Positions 17,386-26,427 of a stretch of DNA of 64,000 nt are shown in pieces. The number at the start of each line of letters is the position of its first letter. The first letter of the stretch is position 1. Source of the DNA: Anaerolineaceae bacterium (GTDB lineage Bacteria; Chloroflexota; Anaerolineae; Anaerolineales; Anaerolineaceae); the NCBI GenBank assembly GCA_035388405.1, contig DAOOPV010000007.1, positions 63-64,062 on the forward strand. The letters run 5' to 3'. The notes beneath the pieces are model-generated. The model was not told where the DNA came from. It worked only from the letters and a program-made list of their open reading frames with translations, and searched no databases. A program made the translations under genes and the position numbers.

Positions 17386-19221
17386 TTATAATCCCAAGCC
17401 TTTTTTCAGGCTTCCGCCGCGGAACCGGCTGATAAGAAAGTTGCCCGACAGGACAAGCACGATCAGAATGATGATGACAGCGTTAGCTTGTTGTTCATTT
17501 CCATTTTCGATGTACCGCATGGTCTGGCTTGCCAGCACAGCGGTAGTGGGGGTGACCAGCAGAATGATCAGCGAAAGCTCGCGCATGGTCGTGATGAAGG
17601 TCATCAGGAACCCGGAGACAAAACCGGTGCTGGTCAGCGGGAAGATAATGCGCTTAAACCGTCTCCATGGTCCTGCACCCGCGATGGCTGCGGCTTCTTC
17701 CAATTCTTTACCGACCTGCAGCATAGCTGAGACGCCACTGCGGGCAGAATATGGAATATGCTTAGCGACCGATACCACCACCAGCAAGGCAAAGGTGCCA
17801 TAGAGGGCAGGGATCGGTCCCACCGATTTTGTGAACATCGAAATATAAACCGCGCCGAAAGCAATACCCGGAATTACGTAAGGAATAAATGCTATTTGCT
17901 CGACGATTTTTGAGAGCTTTGTTCCACGACCTTTGACGATGGCATAGCCAAGGATCACCCCCAACAAGGCCGTGAATGTTGCGGTAAAGAAGGATAGTCG
18001 GATCGAATTCCAGGCTGCCAGGTAAATCTTCCTGTTCAGCAAGACACCCGGCTCACCACTGTTGATGTTCATGACGCCTTTGCCGATCCAGTGCTCCAGA
18101 GTAAGGTTGCTGAAACTGTAATCACCCGTCCTGAGCATGAAAGTGCTGTAGATCAGCAGGGAGAGGGGTAACACTGCAATGAAGAATTGGAAGATTACCA
18201 CCAAGGTAGTGAGCAGACCTTTGAAGTTGCGAAGTTTCTGCTTTTGCGCCATAAAACCGCGTCCGCCGATGGTTTCGTAACTCTTCCTGGTGCCCACCAG
18301 TTTTTGATTGATCATGATAGTCGTCATGGCAAACAGGATCAAAACGATCGCCAGGACAAAACCATCTCCATAATTTCCAATACCCGTATTTGACCTGAGC
18401 ATGGTTGAGAGCGTGTAGTATTGCACCGGAACGCCCAAGACGTTCGGTCCACCGAAAGTACCCATGGTCTTTGAGAAGGTCATGATGAAGCCAGAGGCAA
18501 TCGCGGGAATGACCAGGGGGAAAGTGATCTTCCTCATGATGCGCCAGCGACCTGCGCCAGCTAATTCGCCTGCTTCCTCAAGAGAAGAGTCGATGGAGAG
18601 CAAAGCTGCTGAGACAAACAGGAAAAAGAAGGTGTAATAATGAAGAGCACTGCTGACGATGATTGGAACCGGACCGTATGCCAGCCAATCGGGTGTTGGG
18701 CTGTGTGTCAAAAACTCCAGCAATCCTGGAGTTCCACCAGATGTCTGGTTCTTGAAAAGCACGATCCAAGCCTGCGCGATTGTCCAGGAGGGCATGATGT
18801 AGGGAACTGTTGCCAGGGTGTTGATAATTCCTTTGCCTGGTACGTCGGTTCTGACCACCAGCCAAGCCATCAAACCGCCAATCACCAGGGCAAGACCTGT
18901 AGCACCAAGGGAGATGGTCAGCGAATGCAGGAGCGGCTCGTACGTCATGATCTCGCTGATTTTGCTGCTCAGCATCCGGACCCAGTGGTAAAACGTCAGG
19001 TCTCCGATTTCTGCTCCAGGAATGGCGCGAAGATCCATTTCCTGCACTGAGAAGGTGGTAATGATCATGCGGTACAGTGGAATAATAACCATGTAGACCA
19101 TCACAGCCAGCATGATCAAGGAAAGCACAACATGCGGGCTGCTCAGCCAATGGAAAAATCGGCGTAAGCGCGCATTCCAGTTTTGTCCGGATGATGGAAC
19201 TGTTTTTGATGCTACAGCCAT
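17386..19221 (-). CDS. ABC transporter permease, fused double-permease type
   Basis: 611 aa with two tandem 6-TM halves, as seen in FbpB/ThiP-like permeases. It is adjacent to the ATPase gene. Confidence 0.8.
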   Translation of the reverse strand: MAVASKTVPSSGQNWNARLRRFFHWLSSPHVVLSLIMLAVMVYMVIIPLYRMIITTFSVQEMDLRAIPGAEIGDLTFYHWVRMLSSKISEIMTYEPLLHSLTISLGATGLALVIGGLMAWLVVRTDVPGKGIINTLATVPYIMPSWTIAQAWIVLFKNQTSGGTPGLLEFLTHSPTPDWLAYGPVPIIVSSALHYYTFFFLFVSAALLSIDSSLEEAGELAGAGRWRIMRKITFPLVIPAIASGFIMTFSKTMGTFGGPNVLGVPVQYYTLSTMLRSNTGIGNYGDGFVLAIVLILFAMTTIMINQKLVGTRKSYETIGGRGFMAQKQKLRNFKGLLTTLVVIFQFFIAVLPLSLLIYSTFMLRTGDYSFSNLTLEHWIGKGVMNINSGEPGVLLNRKIYLAAWNSIRLSFFTATFTALLGVILGYAIVKGRGTKLSKIVEQIAFIPYVIPGIAFGAVYISMFTKSVGPIPALYGTFALLVVVSVAKHIPYSARSGVSAMLQVGKELEEAAAIAGAGPWRRFKRIIFPLTSTGFVSGFLMTFITTMRELSLIILLVTPTTAVLASQTMRYIENGNEQQANAVIIILIVLVLSGNFLISRFRGGSLKKGLGL

Positions 19222-19338
19222 CTTGTCTCTCCTCTCAGTACAATTACTACCTTTACATATCTCTTGTGCATACTAGAACATTGAACCTCCAGGTGTAAAG
19301 ATTTTCCAGTACTTACATACTGTTTATCAGTAAAAGCG

Positions 19339-20229
19339 TCACTCATCCGCGCAGGTGTTAAACGCCTTCAACTGATCCCGTAGATTGTCAAGCTTGTCAA
19401 GCAGCGTCATGGATTTTTCTTGTTCCATGCTTGCCAGGGATAACAGCAGCGCGTTGATGACTGTCATGGGAACAACCAAAGAATGGAATTCACCGATCGG
19501 ACCGCGTTTCGCTGACAAGACCACGTCCACCTTATCGCCAAGGATGGCTTCGAGCGTGTCGGTGAGCATAATGATGGTTGCGCCAACTTTGTTGGCGTAG
19601 TCAATGACCAATTTGAGAGCAGGGTTCTGATCGAAGAAGCAGATCACAAACAAAAGATCCTTTTCTTCCATCATCGTGAGGTATTCGAGAAACTCGCGAC
19701 CTGAGCTTGTAAGCGGAACAACTTCGCGTCCGAATCTGCGCAGGCGGAGCTCAAGGAGGTCTACCAATGAGACCGATGGACCGAGCCCAAAGACAAAAAC
19801 GCGGTCGTGTTCATGCAGAATCTCGACCGCGTTGTTTAATTCTTCGCGTTTGATGGAATCCAACGCCTGGGACAGAAAATCAATTTCTGTTGCTGTCAGG
19901 CGCTCAAAGATGTCGCCGCCGTCCCGGAGGTCGTTCAGCCTGCCGCGTAAGCGGGCGGAGTGAGTTACCCGCCGGCGGAAATTGTCTTGCAGGACCGCGC
20001 GCATAGTCGGGTAACTGCTGAAGCCAAGACTGCGGGCAAAGCGTACCAGGGTCGCCTCGCTCAGATCCAGCCGACTGGCAATTTCGCCAGCAGAAAGGAA
20101 CGCGGACTCCTCCTGGTTTTTGCGAAGGAAGTTGGCAATACGCTTTTCGCTCTTGGTCAGGTTATTGAAATGATCAGTCAGAACCTGGCTGAAGTCAATT
20201 TTTGGGGGAGATTTTGAAGGGCTGTTCAT
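19339..20229 (-). CDS. MurR/RpiR-family transcriptional regulator (HTH plus SIS domain)
   Basis: RIANFLRKNQEESAFLSAGEIASRLDLSEATLVRFARSLGFSSY is the HTH_6 region, and the C-terminus is SIS-like. The preferred start is ATG 20229 (MNSPSKS). Confidence 0.8.
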   Translation of the reverse strand: MNSPSKSPPKIDFSQVLTDHFNNLTKSEKRIANFLRKNQEESAFLSAGEIASRLDLSEATLVRFARSLGFSSYPTMRAVLQDNFRRRVTHSARLRGRLNDLRDGGDIFERLTATEIDFLSQALDSIKREELNNAVEILHEHDRVFVFGLGPSVSLVDLLELRLRRFGREVVPLTSSGREFLEYLTMMEEKDLLFVICFFDQNPALKLVIDYANKVGATIIMLTDTLEAILGDKVDVVLSAKRGPIGEFHSLVVPMTVINALLLSLASMEQEKSMTLLDKLDNLRDQLKAFNTCADE

Positions 20230-20307
20230 AACACCTCGGTGCAGATCCTTGATCAAAAAAAGGGACAACAATATCTGTGTTCGTGAAATACCACTTACAT
20301 TTGAAAC

Positions 20308-20336
20308 AGTATAGTGCAATTGAATAAAAATTGCAA
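20308..20336 (-). promoter_or_regulatory. Sigma70-like promoter candidate for the RpiR gene (TTGCAA-17 nt-TATACT on the minus strand)
   Basis: The minus strand reads ttgcaa tttttattcaattgcac tatact. This puts the -35 at 20331-20336 and the -10 at 20308-20313. The short inverted repeat tgcaat..attgca overlaps it. Confidence 0.4.
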
Positions 20337-20355
20337 GATAAATTTCATAAATTCA

Positions 20356-21579
20356 TTAATTTTCGTTGCTCGTTACTGTCAGAAGTGGCTGTATCCCAGG
20401 AGTGGCCCAAATCTCGACCCGTGAAGTGTCCACCACCAGTTCGCAAAGCTCCATTTGCGGCTTATAGACCTGTTCGGCCATCAGGAATTGCTCCCGGAAA
20501 TAGCGATTCAAGAAGTAATACAGTTCATACTTCTTTCGAAAGTCCATATCGCGCCGCCATTTGCGCTTCAGGCGCACGGCATCATCGGTGATGTACATCA
20601 CCTTTATTCCGGTCAAAGCCGCGATTTCAGGCAGGAGGAATGGGAAGTTCCCTTCCATGAAGATGATGTCAGCGGGTTCAATGCGCATAGTATCCCGCCC
20701 CGGTTTGAGCTTTCCATCGAGAGCATGGCTTGAGGTTGCGGAAATAAAGTCATATTGAGGTGTCATCGCGGCTCTACCAGCTCGCAGATCCTCAAGTGCT
20801 CGTGTCAGCATCTCAAAGTGCAGGGCTTCCTGGCCAAGCGAGTCAATCCCATGCGCTTCCCGATAATCCCGATCCGTCAGAAAGTGGTCAATCTCGAGAC
20901 CCGAGATACTCTTGCCGGTGCTTTGAAAGGCTTGCTGCAGCCGTTCGACGATTTCGGTCTTGCCCGCCGCAGTCTGACCAGCAATGGCGATCAAGATGGG
21001 GGTGCCCATCTTTTCTACCAACGAGTGAACAATCCTGATGAAGGCCTCATCCACTTCCTCGTTTGCCTTCTTGAAGTCTTTGTAGCCAACGGCAGGCAGG
21101 TTTTGGAGGTCGTTCTGCAGGCGTTCAAATGCCAGGAAAGGTTTTCCGCCAAGATGCGCGATGATGTTTTCAGTGTAATATTCTGACCGGTGGATGAAGT
21201 AGAACCCACGCGGATCAAAGGTAAAGTGTTTTTCCACCCAATCCGTTGGGTAGTCGCCAGTAGTCAGACCTACAAAGAGCATCCGCAACAGCGAGAGGAT
21301 TTGGGGGTCCATGGTTGGGCGATTATCCAGTTTGGGTTTGAGTTGAATACCAGAATAAAAGGCAGCGCTGTTGACCATCTGCTCAATTTCATCCTTGCTC
21401 TTCAACTCCACTGATTGCCAACCCGGTTTCGGGGTGATGTTCTCGAGGCAATAGCGAAACTCGAACAACTCAAGGCCGTTTAGCGCCGGGCAGAGAGTAA
21501 CCATCTTTTCAAAAAGCTTTTCCGAAAAGAGATCGTTGTTTTGGAGGAGGGGGTTCGGCATATCTTTCACTTCTTCCAT
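20356..21579 (-). CDS. PRK/uridine-kinase-family P-loop kinase with about 190-aa N-terminal domain of unknown function
   Basis: 407 aa. Walker A is GQTAAGKT. The C-terminal half has the uridine kinase/phosphoribulokinase-like layout (IIFMEGNFPF...RLKRKWRRD). It is a paralogue of 22826-24004. Confidence 0.7.
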   Translation of the reverse strand: MEEVKDMPNPLLQNNDLFSEKLFEKMVTLCPALNGLELFEFRYCLENITPKPGWQSVELKSKDEIEQMVNSAAFYSGIQLKPKLDNRPTMDPQILSLLRMLFVGLTTGDYPTDWVEKHFTFDPRGFYFIHRSEYYTENIIAHLGGKPFLAFERLQNDLQNLPAVGYKDFKKANEEVDEAFIRIVHSLVEKMGTPILIAIAGQTAAGKTEIVERLQQAFQSTGKSISGLEIDHFLTDRDYREAHGIDSLGQEALHFEMLTRALEDLRAGRAAMTPQYDFISATSSHALDGKLKPGRDTMRIEPADIIFMEGNFPFLLPEIAALTGIKVMYITDDAVRLKRKWRRDMDFRKKYELYYFLNRYFREQFLMAEQVYKPQMELCELVVDTSRVEIWATPGIQPLLTVTSNEN

Positions 21580-21582
21580 TTA

Positions 21583-22788
21583 TTACGCTCCGTATTTGGA
21601 CACTCTTCCGGCATTTGCCAGCGCGATCGGCATGACGTGGTAAGCGGGGATCTGCCCAAGGTTTCCTTGGGCGCAGTTGGTTTCCCCAAATTCTGTGAAT
21701 TTGTCCGCGCGAACGTACTTCGCGTACATGAGCAGCGGCACTGGATGCCAGCTGTGAGATTTGAGCACCGCCGGGGAGGAATGGTCGCCCCCGATGATCA
21801 CCACGTCCGGGTTCAATGCCATCAAGCGGGGCAGTTGGGCATCAAACTCTTCGATGGCTTTTACTTTTGCGTCGAAATCTCCGATTTCTCCATAAGTATC
21901 TGTCTTTTTGAAGTGCAGGTAGAAAAAATCATATTCTGACCAATGCTTTTCAAGGCAGTCAAATTCATCGCTGAGGTCTGAGCCGTTCACCGGGAGCACG
22001 TTCATGCCCACCAACCTTGCCACTCCGCGGTACATGCCGTTAACAGCGATAGCCGCGGCATTTAATTTAAAGATGTCCGGATATTTGGGCATCGTGGGGA
22101 ATTTGGCAAAGCCGCGCAGCAGGATCATGTTGGCGGGGGCTTCGTTTTTGAGAACCACTTCTGCCTGTTCCAGGAATGCGTTGACAAGCGCTGCGGTCCG
22201 CACCGAGCTTTCATCCAACGCCTGAACCTTTAGAGGCGCAGCGCCAGTGACCAATGGGTCAGAGTCCGTCAGCGAGGTCCCCAAGCCTGGTGCCCGCAAT
22301 ACGAGCACAAAACGGTGCTCCTTGACAACTTCCACGAACACTTCCGCGCCGTCCAACTTGATGGTTCGCAGTTTTTGGACGAGCCGTTCACTGTCACAAG
22401 TAGGCAACCTGCCAGCACGGCGGTCCACCAGGAGCCCATTTTCGTCAACGACGCAGAAGTTACCCCTGGCTGCCACATCGTCCGGACCAAGCTCAAAATC
22501 CACGCCCAGGGCTTCCAAAGCCCCTCGTCCTATTTGATATTCCAGGGGATTAAAGCCAAAGATCGAGAGGTGACCGGGACCACTGCCGACCGTAATGCCA
22601 GGACCGGCGGGGATGGTCATCCCCAGGGCTGATTTTTGCGCCAAGGCGTCCATGTTAGGTTTGCAGGCTGTTTCGAGTTCGGTTTTGCCGCCCTCTTCGC
22701 GTGGGAGCCCGCCCAAACCATCCATGATCAACAGCACAATCTTTGTGTCTGCTTCAACGATCTGCCCACGGAAGAATTCATCGAACAT
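21583..22788 (-). CDS. Archaeal-type cofactor-independent phosphoglycerate mutase family protein (ApgM-like, alkaline-phosphatase superfamily)
   Basis: KIVLLIMDGLGG...GSGPGHLSIFG...VVIGGDHSSP...SHSWHPVP is the ApgM/COG3635 pattern. The preferred start is ATG 22788 (MFDEFF). The track start at 22899 would overlap the upstream gene. Confidence 0.75.
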   Translation of the reverse strand: MFDEFFRGQIVEADTKIVLLIMDGLGGLPREEGGKTELETACKPNMDALAQKSALGMTIPAGPGITVGSGPGHLSIFGFNPLEYQIGRGALEALGVDFELGPDDVAARGNFCVVDENGLLVDRRAGRLPTCDSERLVQKLRTIKLDGAEVFVEVVKEHRFVLVLRAPGLGTSLTDSDPLVTGAAPLKVQALDESSVRTAALVNAFLEQAEVVLKNEAPANMILLRGFAKFPTMPKYPDIFKLNAAAIAVNGMYRGVARLVGMNVLPVNGSDLSDEFDCLEKHWSEYDFFYLHFKKTDTYGEIGDFDAKVKAIEEFDAQLPRLMALNPDVVIIGGDHSSPAVLKSHSWHPVPLLMYAKYVRADKFTEFGETNCAQGNLGQIPAYHVMPIALANAGRVSKYGA

Positions 22789-22825
22789 GGCGTGCCTCTT
22801 CTCTCTTGTTTTCTCTATCCATGCA

Positions 22826-24004
22826 TCAATCTGCCAACCGGGCTTGCAAGTCTGGATGGAGCCACAAATGCGCGTTGCTGGTATCCACGATGATGTCACA
22901 ACACTGCATCATGGGTTGGTAGATTTCCTGATTTCGCTGAAACTGGGTTCGAAAATAGCGGTTCGCCAGGTAGTGCGGATCATATTTCTTGCGGAAGTCC
23001 ACGTCCCGCTTCCACTTCCGTTTCAGTCGGCTGGGGTCATCGGCAAAGTAGACAATCTTCAGATTGATCAACCTGGCGATTTCGGGAATGTGGAACGGGA
23101 AGTTGCCTTCCAGGATGATGATGTCAGCTGGCTGGATGGTTTGGGTAGACTGACCCGGGCGAAGGAGACCATCCAAATCGTGGCTGGAGGTCGCCTGGAT
23201 GAAATCATAACGGGGGATAACCGCCGCTTCGCCGCGCAGAAGCGCGTTGATTGCTTCAATGAAGAGGGGATAATGAATGACGGCTGCATCCATCGGTCGC
23301 CCATCGCGAAAAATGCGATCCTTGTAGAAGTTATCCATCTCCACTGAGGTGCAAGAAAAACCGGATTCTTTTAAAGACTGTAATAATCGGGCGGTGATTT
23401 CAGATTTGCCTGAGGCAGTTGGTCCGACGATCGTCAGCAACAGCGGTGTGCTGCTGGAAGATATCAGAGATTGAACAACCCGGATGAATGTTTGGTCTGT
23501 TTCCTGATTCGCCTTGGCAAATTCTTTGTAGCCAACCTCGAACTTGTTTTTCAGGAGTGCTTGCCTTGCTTCAAAGCTTTTGTATGGCGCGCTGCCAAAG
23601 CGCTGGCGAATTGTGGGGGTGAGGTAAGCGGTGCGGACAAAAAATACGAAAGCACGCACGTCAAAGTAAAAGTGCTGATCCACCCATTGGATCGGGTAGA
23701 GTCCCTCAACCAGGCCAACAAAAAGCTCCCTGGTCAGGGACACGATCATGTTATCGAGGATGATCTGGTCGTTATGTTTTGGTTTTAGTTGGATGTTGGC
23801 GAAGAATTCCGGGGTGGCAATTCTTTCCAGCAGGGTTTCGATCGATTCTGGCTGAACGCTTGCCCAGCCTTCTGCAGGTTGGAGGTTCTTCAAGGCGTAT
23901 TGGAACTCGTATAACTCCAGTTCGGCAACACCAGGATTAATCTGCTGAAGCTTCACAAACAAGTCAGTCGTAAATTGTTTAGGATCAACCAAGTTCGCAG
24001 GCAT
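22826..24004 (-). CDS. PRK/uridine-kinase-family P-loop kinase, paralogue 2
   Basis: 392 aa. Walker A is GPTASGKS. Its N-terminal domain (ELELYEFQYALKNLQPAEGW...IQLKPKHND) parallels that of the 407-aa paralogue (GLELFEFRYCLENITPKPGW...IQLKPKLDN). Confidence 0.7.
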   Translation of the reverse strand: MPANLVDPKQFTTDLFVKLQQINPGVAELELYEFQYALKNLQPAEGWASVQPESIETLLERIATPEFFANIQLKPKHNDQIILDNMIVSLTRELFVGLVEGLYPIQWVDQHFYFDVRAFVFFVRTAYLTPTIRQRFGSAPYKSFEARQALLKNKFEVGYKEFAKANQETDQTFIRVVQSLISSSSTPLLLTIVGPTASGKSEITARLLQSLKESGFSCTSVEMDNFYKDRIFRDGRPMDAAVIHYPLFIEAINALLRGEAAVIPRYDFIQATSSHDLDGLLRPGQSTQTIQPADIIILEGNFPFHIPEIARLINLKIVYFADDPSRLKRKWKRDVDFRKKYDPHYLANRYFRTQFQRNQEIYQPMMQCCDIIVDTSNAHLWLHPDLQARLAD

Positions 24005-24026
24005 TCGTTAACACCTTTACTCGTAG

Positions 24027-25604
24027 TTACCAGGGAGTACCCTGCCCCAGTACCATCGCTTCGTAGGCTTTTTTGATCTTGCCGTAATTACCATCCCGGT
24101 CCAGGGCGATCCCTCGTCCGACGGCGGTGACGATCGTCCCAAGTCCGATTTTGCGCATTTCACCCTCCAGCTTTTCCAGCAGGGCTGGTGCGCTGCCTGG
24201 CTCGGTGCTGCGTCCATCAAAGATCAGGTGCAGAAACGCGTTTGATAGACCTTTTTCTTTAGCCATTCGCAGGAGAGCCAGGGGGTAGTCGATTGAACCA
24301 TGTGAGCTTTTCTCGGTCAGGAGGCCGATCAGGTGCAGATTGCTCCCTTTGCGGAGGACGTTTTCGATCGTCTCGACGAAGACTTCATTTTTCGCAAACG
24401 AGCCGTCTTTAAGCGCCAGATCCAGGCGCACGTCATCTTGCAAAACAACCCGCCCCGCGCCAATGTTCATGTGACCCGCTTCCGAATTGCCAGGCTTGCC
24501 GGCTTGCAACCCAACCGCTTCACCGGAAGCTTGCAGATGAGCCAGTGGAAAATCCCGGCAGAGAGCATCCCAGGTGGGTGTGGTTGCGACAAAAATGGGA
24601 TTGTTTTCGTCCTGGCTGCCTTCCCCCCAACCATCGAGGATGATCAGCAGAACCTTGCGGTCCTTTCCCCAGTAGTGGGGTTTCACCAAGGCTGCACCCG
24701 TCATGGAAGGATGTGTTTCGACACCCAGTATGTCCAAAATGGTCGGGGTGAGGTCCCGCAGACTGCCATCTGAGAGTTGAATGTCACCCTTAGCCTGGGG
24801 GTCGATCACGATAAAGGGCACCAGGTTGGAAGTGTGTGCCACGTGCGGCTTGCCTTCAGCGGTAAGCAGCACTTCAAGGTTGCCGTGGTCGGCTGTGATC
24901 AGCGAAACATAACCCCCGGATTTGGCAACCTGCAAAACCCGGGCAAGGTGCTCATCCACAGCCTGGGCGCAAGCAATCTTCGCTTCGCTGTTACTGGTGT
25001 GCCCAATCACGTCACCGTTGGCAAAGTTGGTCACGATGCAGTCAATGCCTTCTCGCAGACCGCGAATGACTTCATCAGCCACAGCGGGCAGGCTGAGCTC
25101 CGGAACCTGGTCAAAGGGGATGCCTTTGGGTGAAGGGACACGCACATCCACTTCGCCGGGGTAAGGCTGATTGTTTCCGCCATTCAAAAAGAAGGTGACG
25201 TGAGCGAATTTTTCGGATTCCGAGCAGCGCATTTGCGTTTTGCCAGCCTTGCTCAGGAGTTCGCCGAGGGTGTGGTCGAGTTTTGCGGGCGCAAAAGCAA
25301 CCGGCAGGTCTTTGAATTTGTCGTGATACAAAGTGAGGATGACAAATTCGAGGTCCTGCAACCGAGTGCGTTCAAAATGCGCAAAATCGGTTTCAGTGAA
25401 GGCTTCGGTAAGCTCAATTTCCCTCTCGCCCCGGCGGCAGCAGAAAATGACCGCGTCACCGTCCTGAACCTTTGCGAAGGGCTGCCCCTCCGGATTCAGG
25501 CGCACGTGAGGCTCCATGGAATAATCGGTCTGTCCGCGCGCGTAAGCTTTGCGAACTGCTTCAGCGAGGAGAAAGCCGCCGTGTTTGACTTCACTCGTGT
25601 TCAT
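24027..25604 (-). CDS. Circularly permuted 2,3-bisphosphoglycerate-independent phosphoglycerate mutase (GpmI-family) homologue
   Basis: All iPGM signature blocks are present but reordered. NGDVIGH, TADHGN and the C-terminal MTGAALVKP lie at aa about 195-308. The canonical N-terminal blocks LLIILDGWG and GNSEAGHMNIGAGR lie at aa about 318-385. The protein ends at ...LDRDGNYGKIKKAYEAMVLGQGTPW, which is a mid-protein block in canonical enzymes. Confidence 0.8.
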   Translation of the reverse strand: MNTSEVKHGGFLLAEAVRKAYARGQTDYSMEPHVRLNPEGQPFAKVQDGDAVIFCCRRGEREIELTEAFTETDFAHFERTRLQDLEFVILTLYHDKFKDLPVAFAPAKLDHTLGELLSKAGKTQMRCSESEKFAHVTFFLNGGNNQPYPGEVDVRVPSPKGIPFDQVPELSLPAVADEVIRGLREGIDCIVTNFANGDVIGHTSNSEAKIACAQAVDEHLARVLQVAKSGGYVSLITADHGNLEVLLTAEGKPHVAHTSNLVPFIVIDPQAKGDIQLSDGSLRDLTPTILDILGVETHPSMTGAALVKPHYWGKDRKVLLIILDGWGEGSQDENNPIFVATTPTWDALCRDFPLAHLQASGEAVGLQAGKPGNSEAGHMNIGAGRVVLQDDVRLDLALKDGSFAKNEVFVETIENVLRKGSNLHLIGLLTEKSSHGSIDYPLALLRMAKEKGLSNAFLHLIFDGRSTEPGSAPALLEKLEGEMRKIGLGTIVTAVGRGIALDRDGNYGKIKKAYEAMVLGQGTPW

Positions 25605-25628
25605 CGCGCTATCCTCCAGAAAGATCCC

Positions 25629-26396
25629 CTATTTGTGTGCCTGAAATTTTTCATCAAGGACCACTCTCGGGCATGATGGGAAGATTTCAAGCAGATCTGT
25701 AAATTGATGAATGATCAGGTCAGGCCGGTTTTCATCCGTGATGGTTGATTCGGCTAATTCTTCCGGGCTGATGAGAATGATTGTCATCCCGAAGCCAGCT
25801 GCACGGGTTCCAGTGACATCGCGTTTCAGATTATCCCCAACATAGGCGCAGCGTGAAGGGTCTACCCCCGCGTTTTGGGCAGCGATGTGGTAAATGGCTG
25901 GGTCGGGTTTGCGAATTCCCAAGACGGAAGAAAGCGCAATAGATTTGAAGTAGGGGGTGAAGCCATCCGCTTCCATCCACTCAGGGATTTCGCTGGTGGT
26001 GATCAGGTTGCTGATGATGCCAAGCGAGTAACCCCGGTCAAAAAGGGTTTGCACCACTTCCTTGCCGTTTTCCACGACCACTCGCAGCCCCATCGACTGG
26101 CGATACTGGTAGGTCAATTCGGTGCCAAGCGGTCCGATGCGTTCTGCGGGAAAATCATAAGCCAGCCAACGCGTCCAAAGTTCGGATTCGGGTGCTTCGC
26201 GCATGGTATCAAAGGCCCACTTGCGATAAACCTTGTAGCGTTGGTCCAGCTTTTCGCAGAAAGCTACAGGGTCCTCGTCTGTTCCAACCAGATCCACAAT
26301 TCTCTGCCTGGCTCTGGCTTGGTGGTCGTCATTCTTCGTTAATATCCGCAGCGTGTTCCCAAGGTCGAGAAAAACCGCTTCAATTTCCTGGATCAT
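25629..26396 (-). CDS. HAD-like hydrolase (DxGNT motif I variant)
   Basis: 255 aa: VFLDLGNT, ISNLIT, GIRKPDP, YVGDNLKRDVTGTRAAG. Confidence 0.8.
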   Translation of the reverse strand: MIQEIEAVFLDLGNTLRILTKNDDHQARARQRIVDLVGTDEDPVAFCEKLDQRYKVYRKWAFDTMREAPESELWTRWLAYDFPAERIGPLGTELTYQYRQSMGLRVVVENGKEVVQTLFDRGYSLGIISNLITTSEIPEWMEADGFTPYFKSIALSSVLGIRKPDPAIYHIAAQNAGVDPSRCAYVGDNLKRDVTGTRAAGFGMTIILISPEELAESTITDENRPDLIIHQFTDLLEIFPSCPRVVLDEKFQAHK

Positions 26397-26427
26397 TATT
26401 CAGCCTTCCTATTTATTATTACCGTGT

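Noticed and set aside
17177-17803. 208-aa plus-strand ORF across the ABC ATPase/permease junction
   Set aside because: It is antisense to two genes with Walker motifs and TM architecture. It is not credible as an independent gene.
22595-23347. 250-aa plus-strand ORF spanning the ApgM/PRK-like gene junction
   Set aside because: It runs antisense to two well-supported minus-strand genes and crosses their intergenic gap. It has no motif and no RBS.
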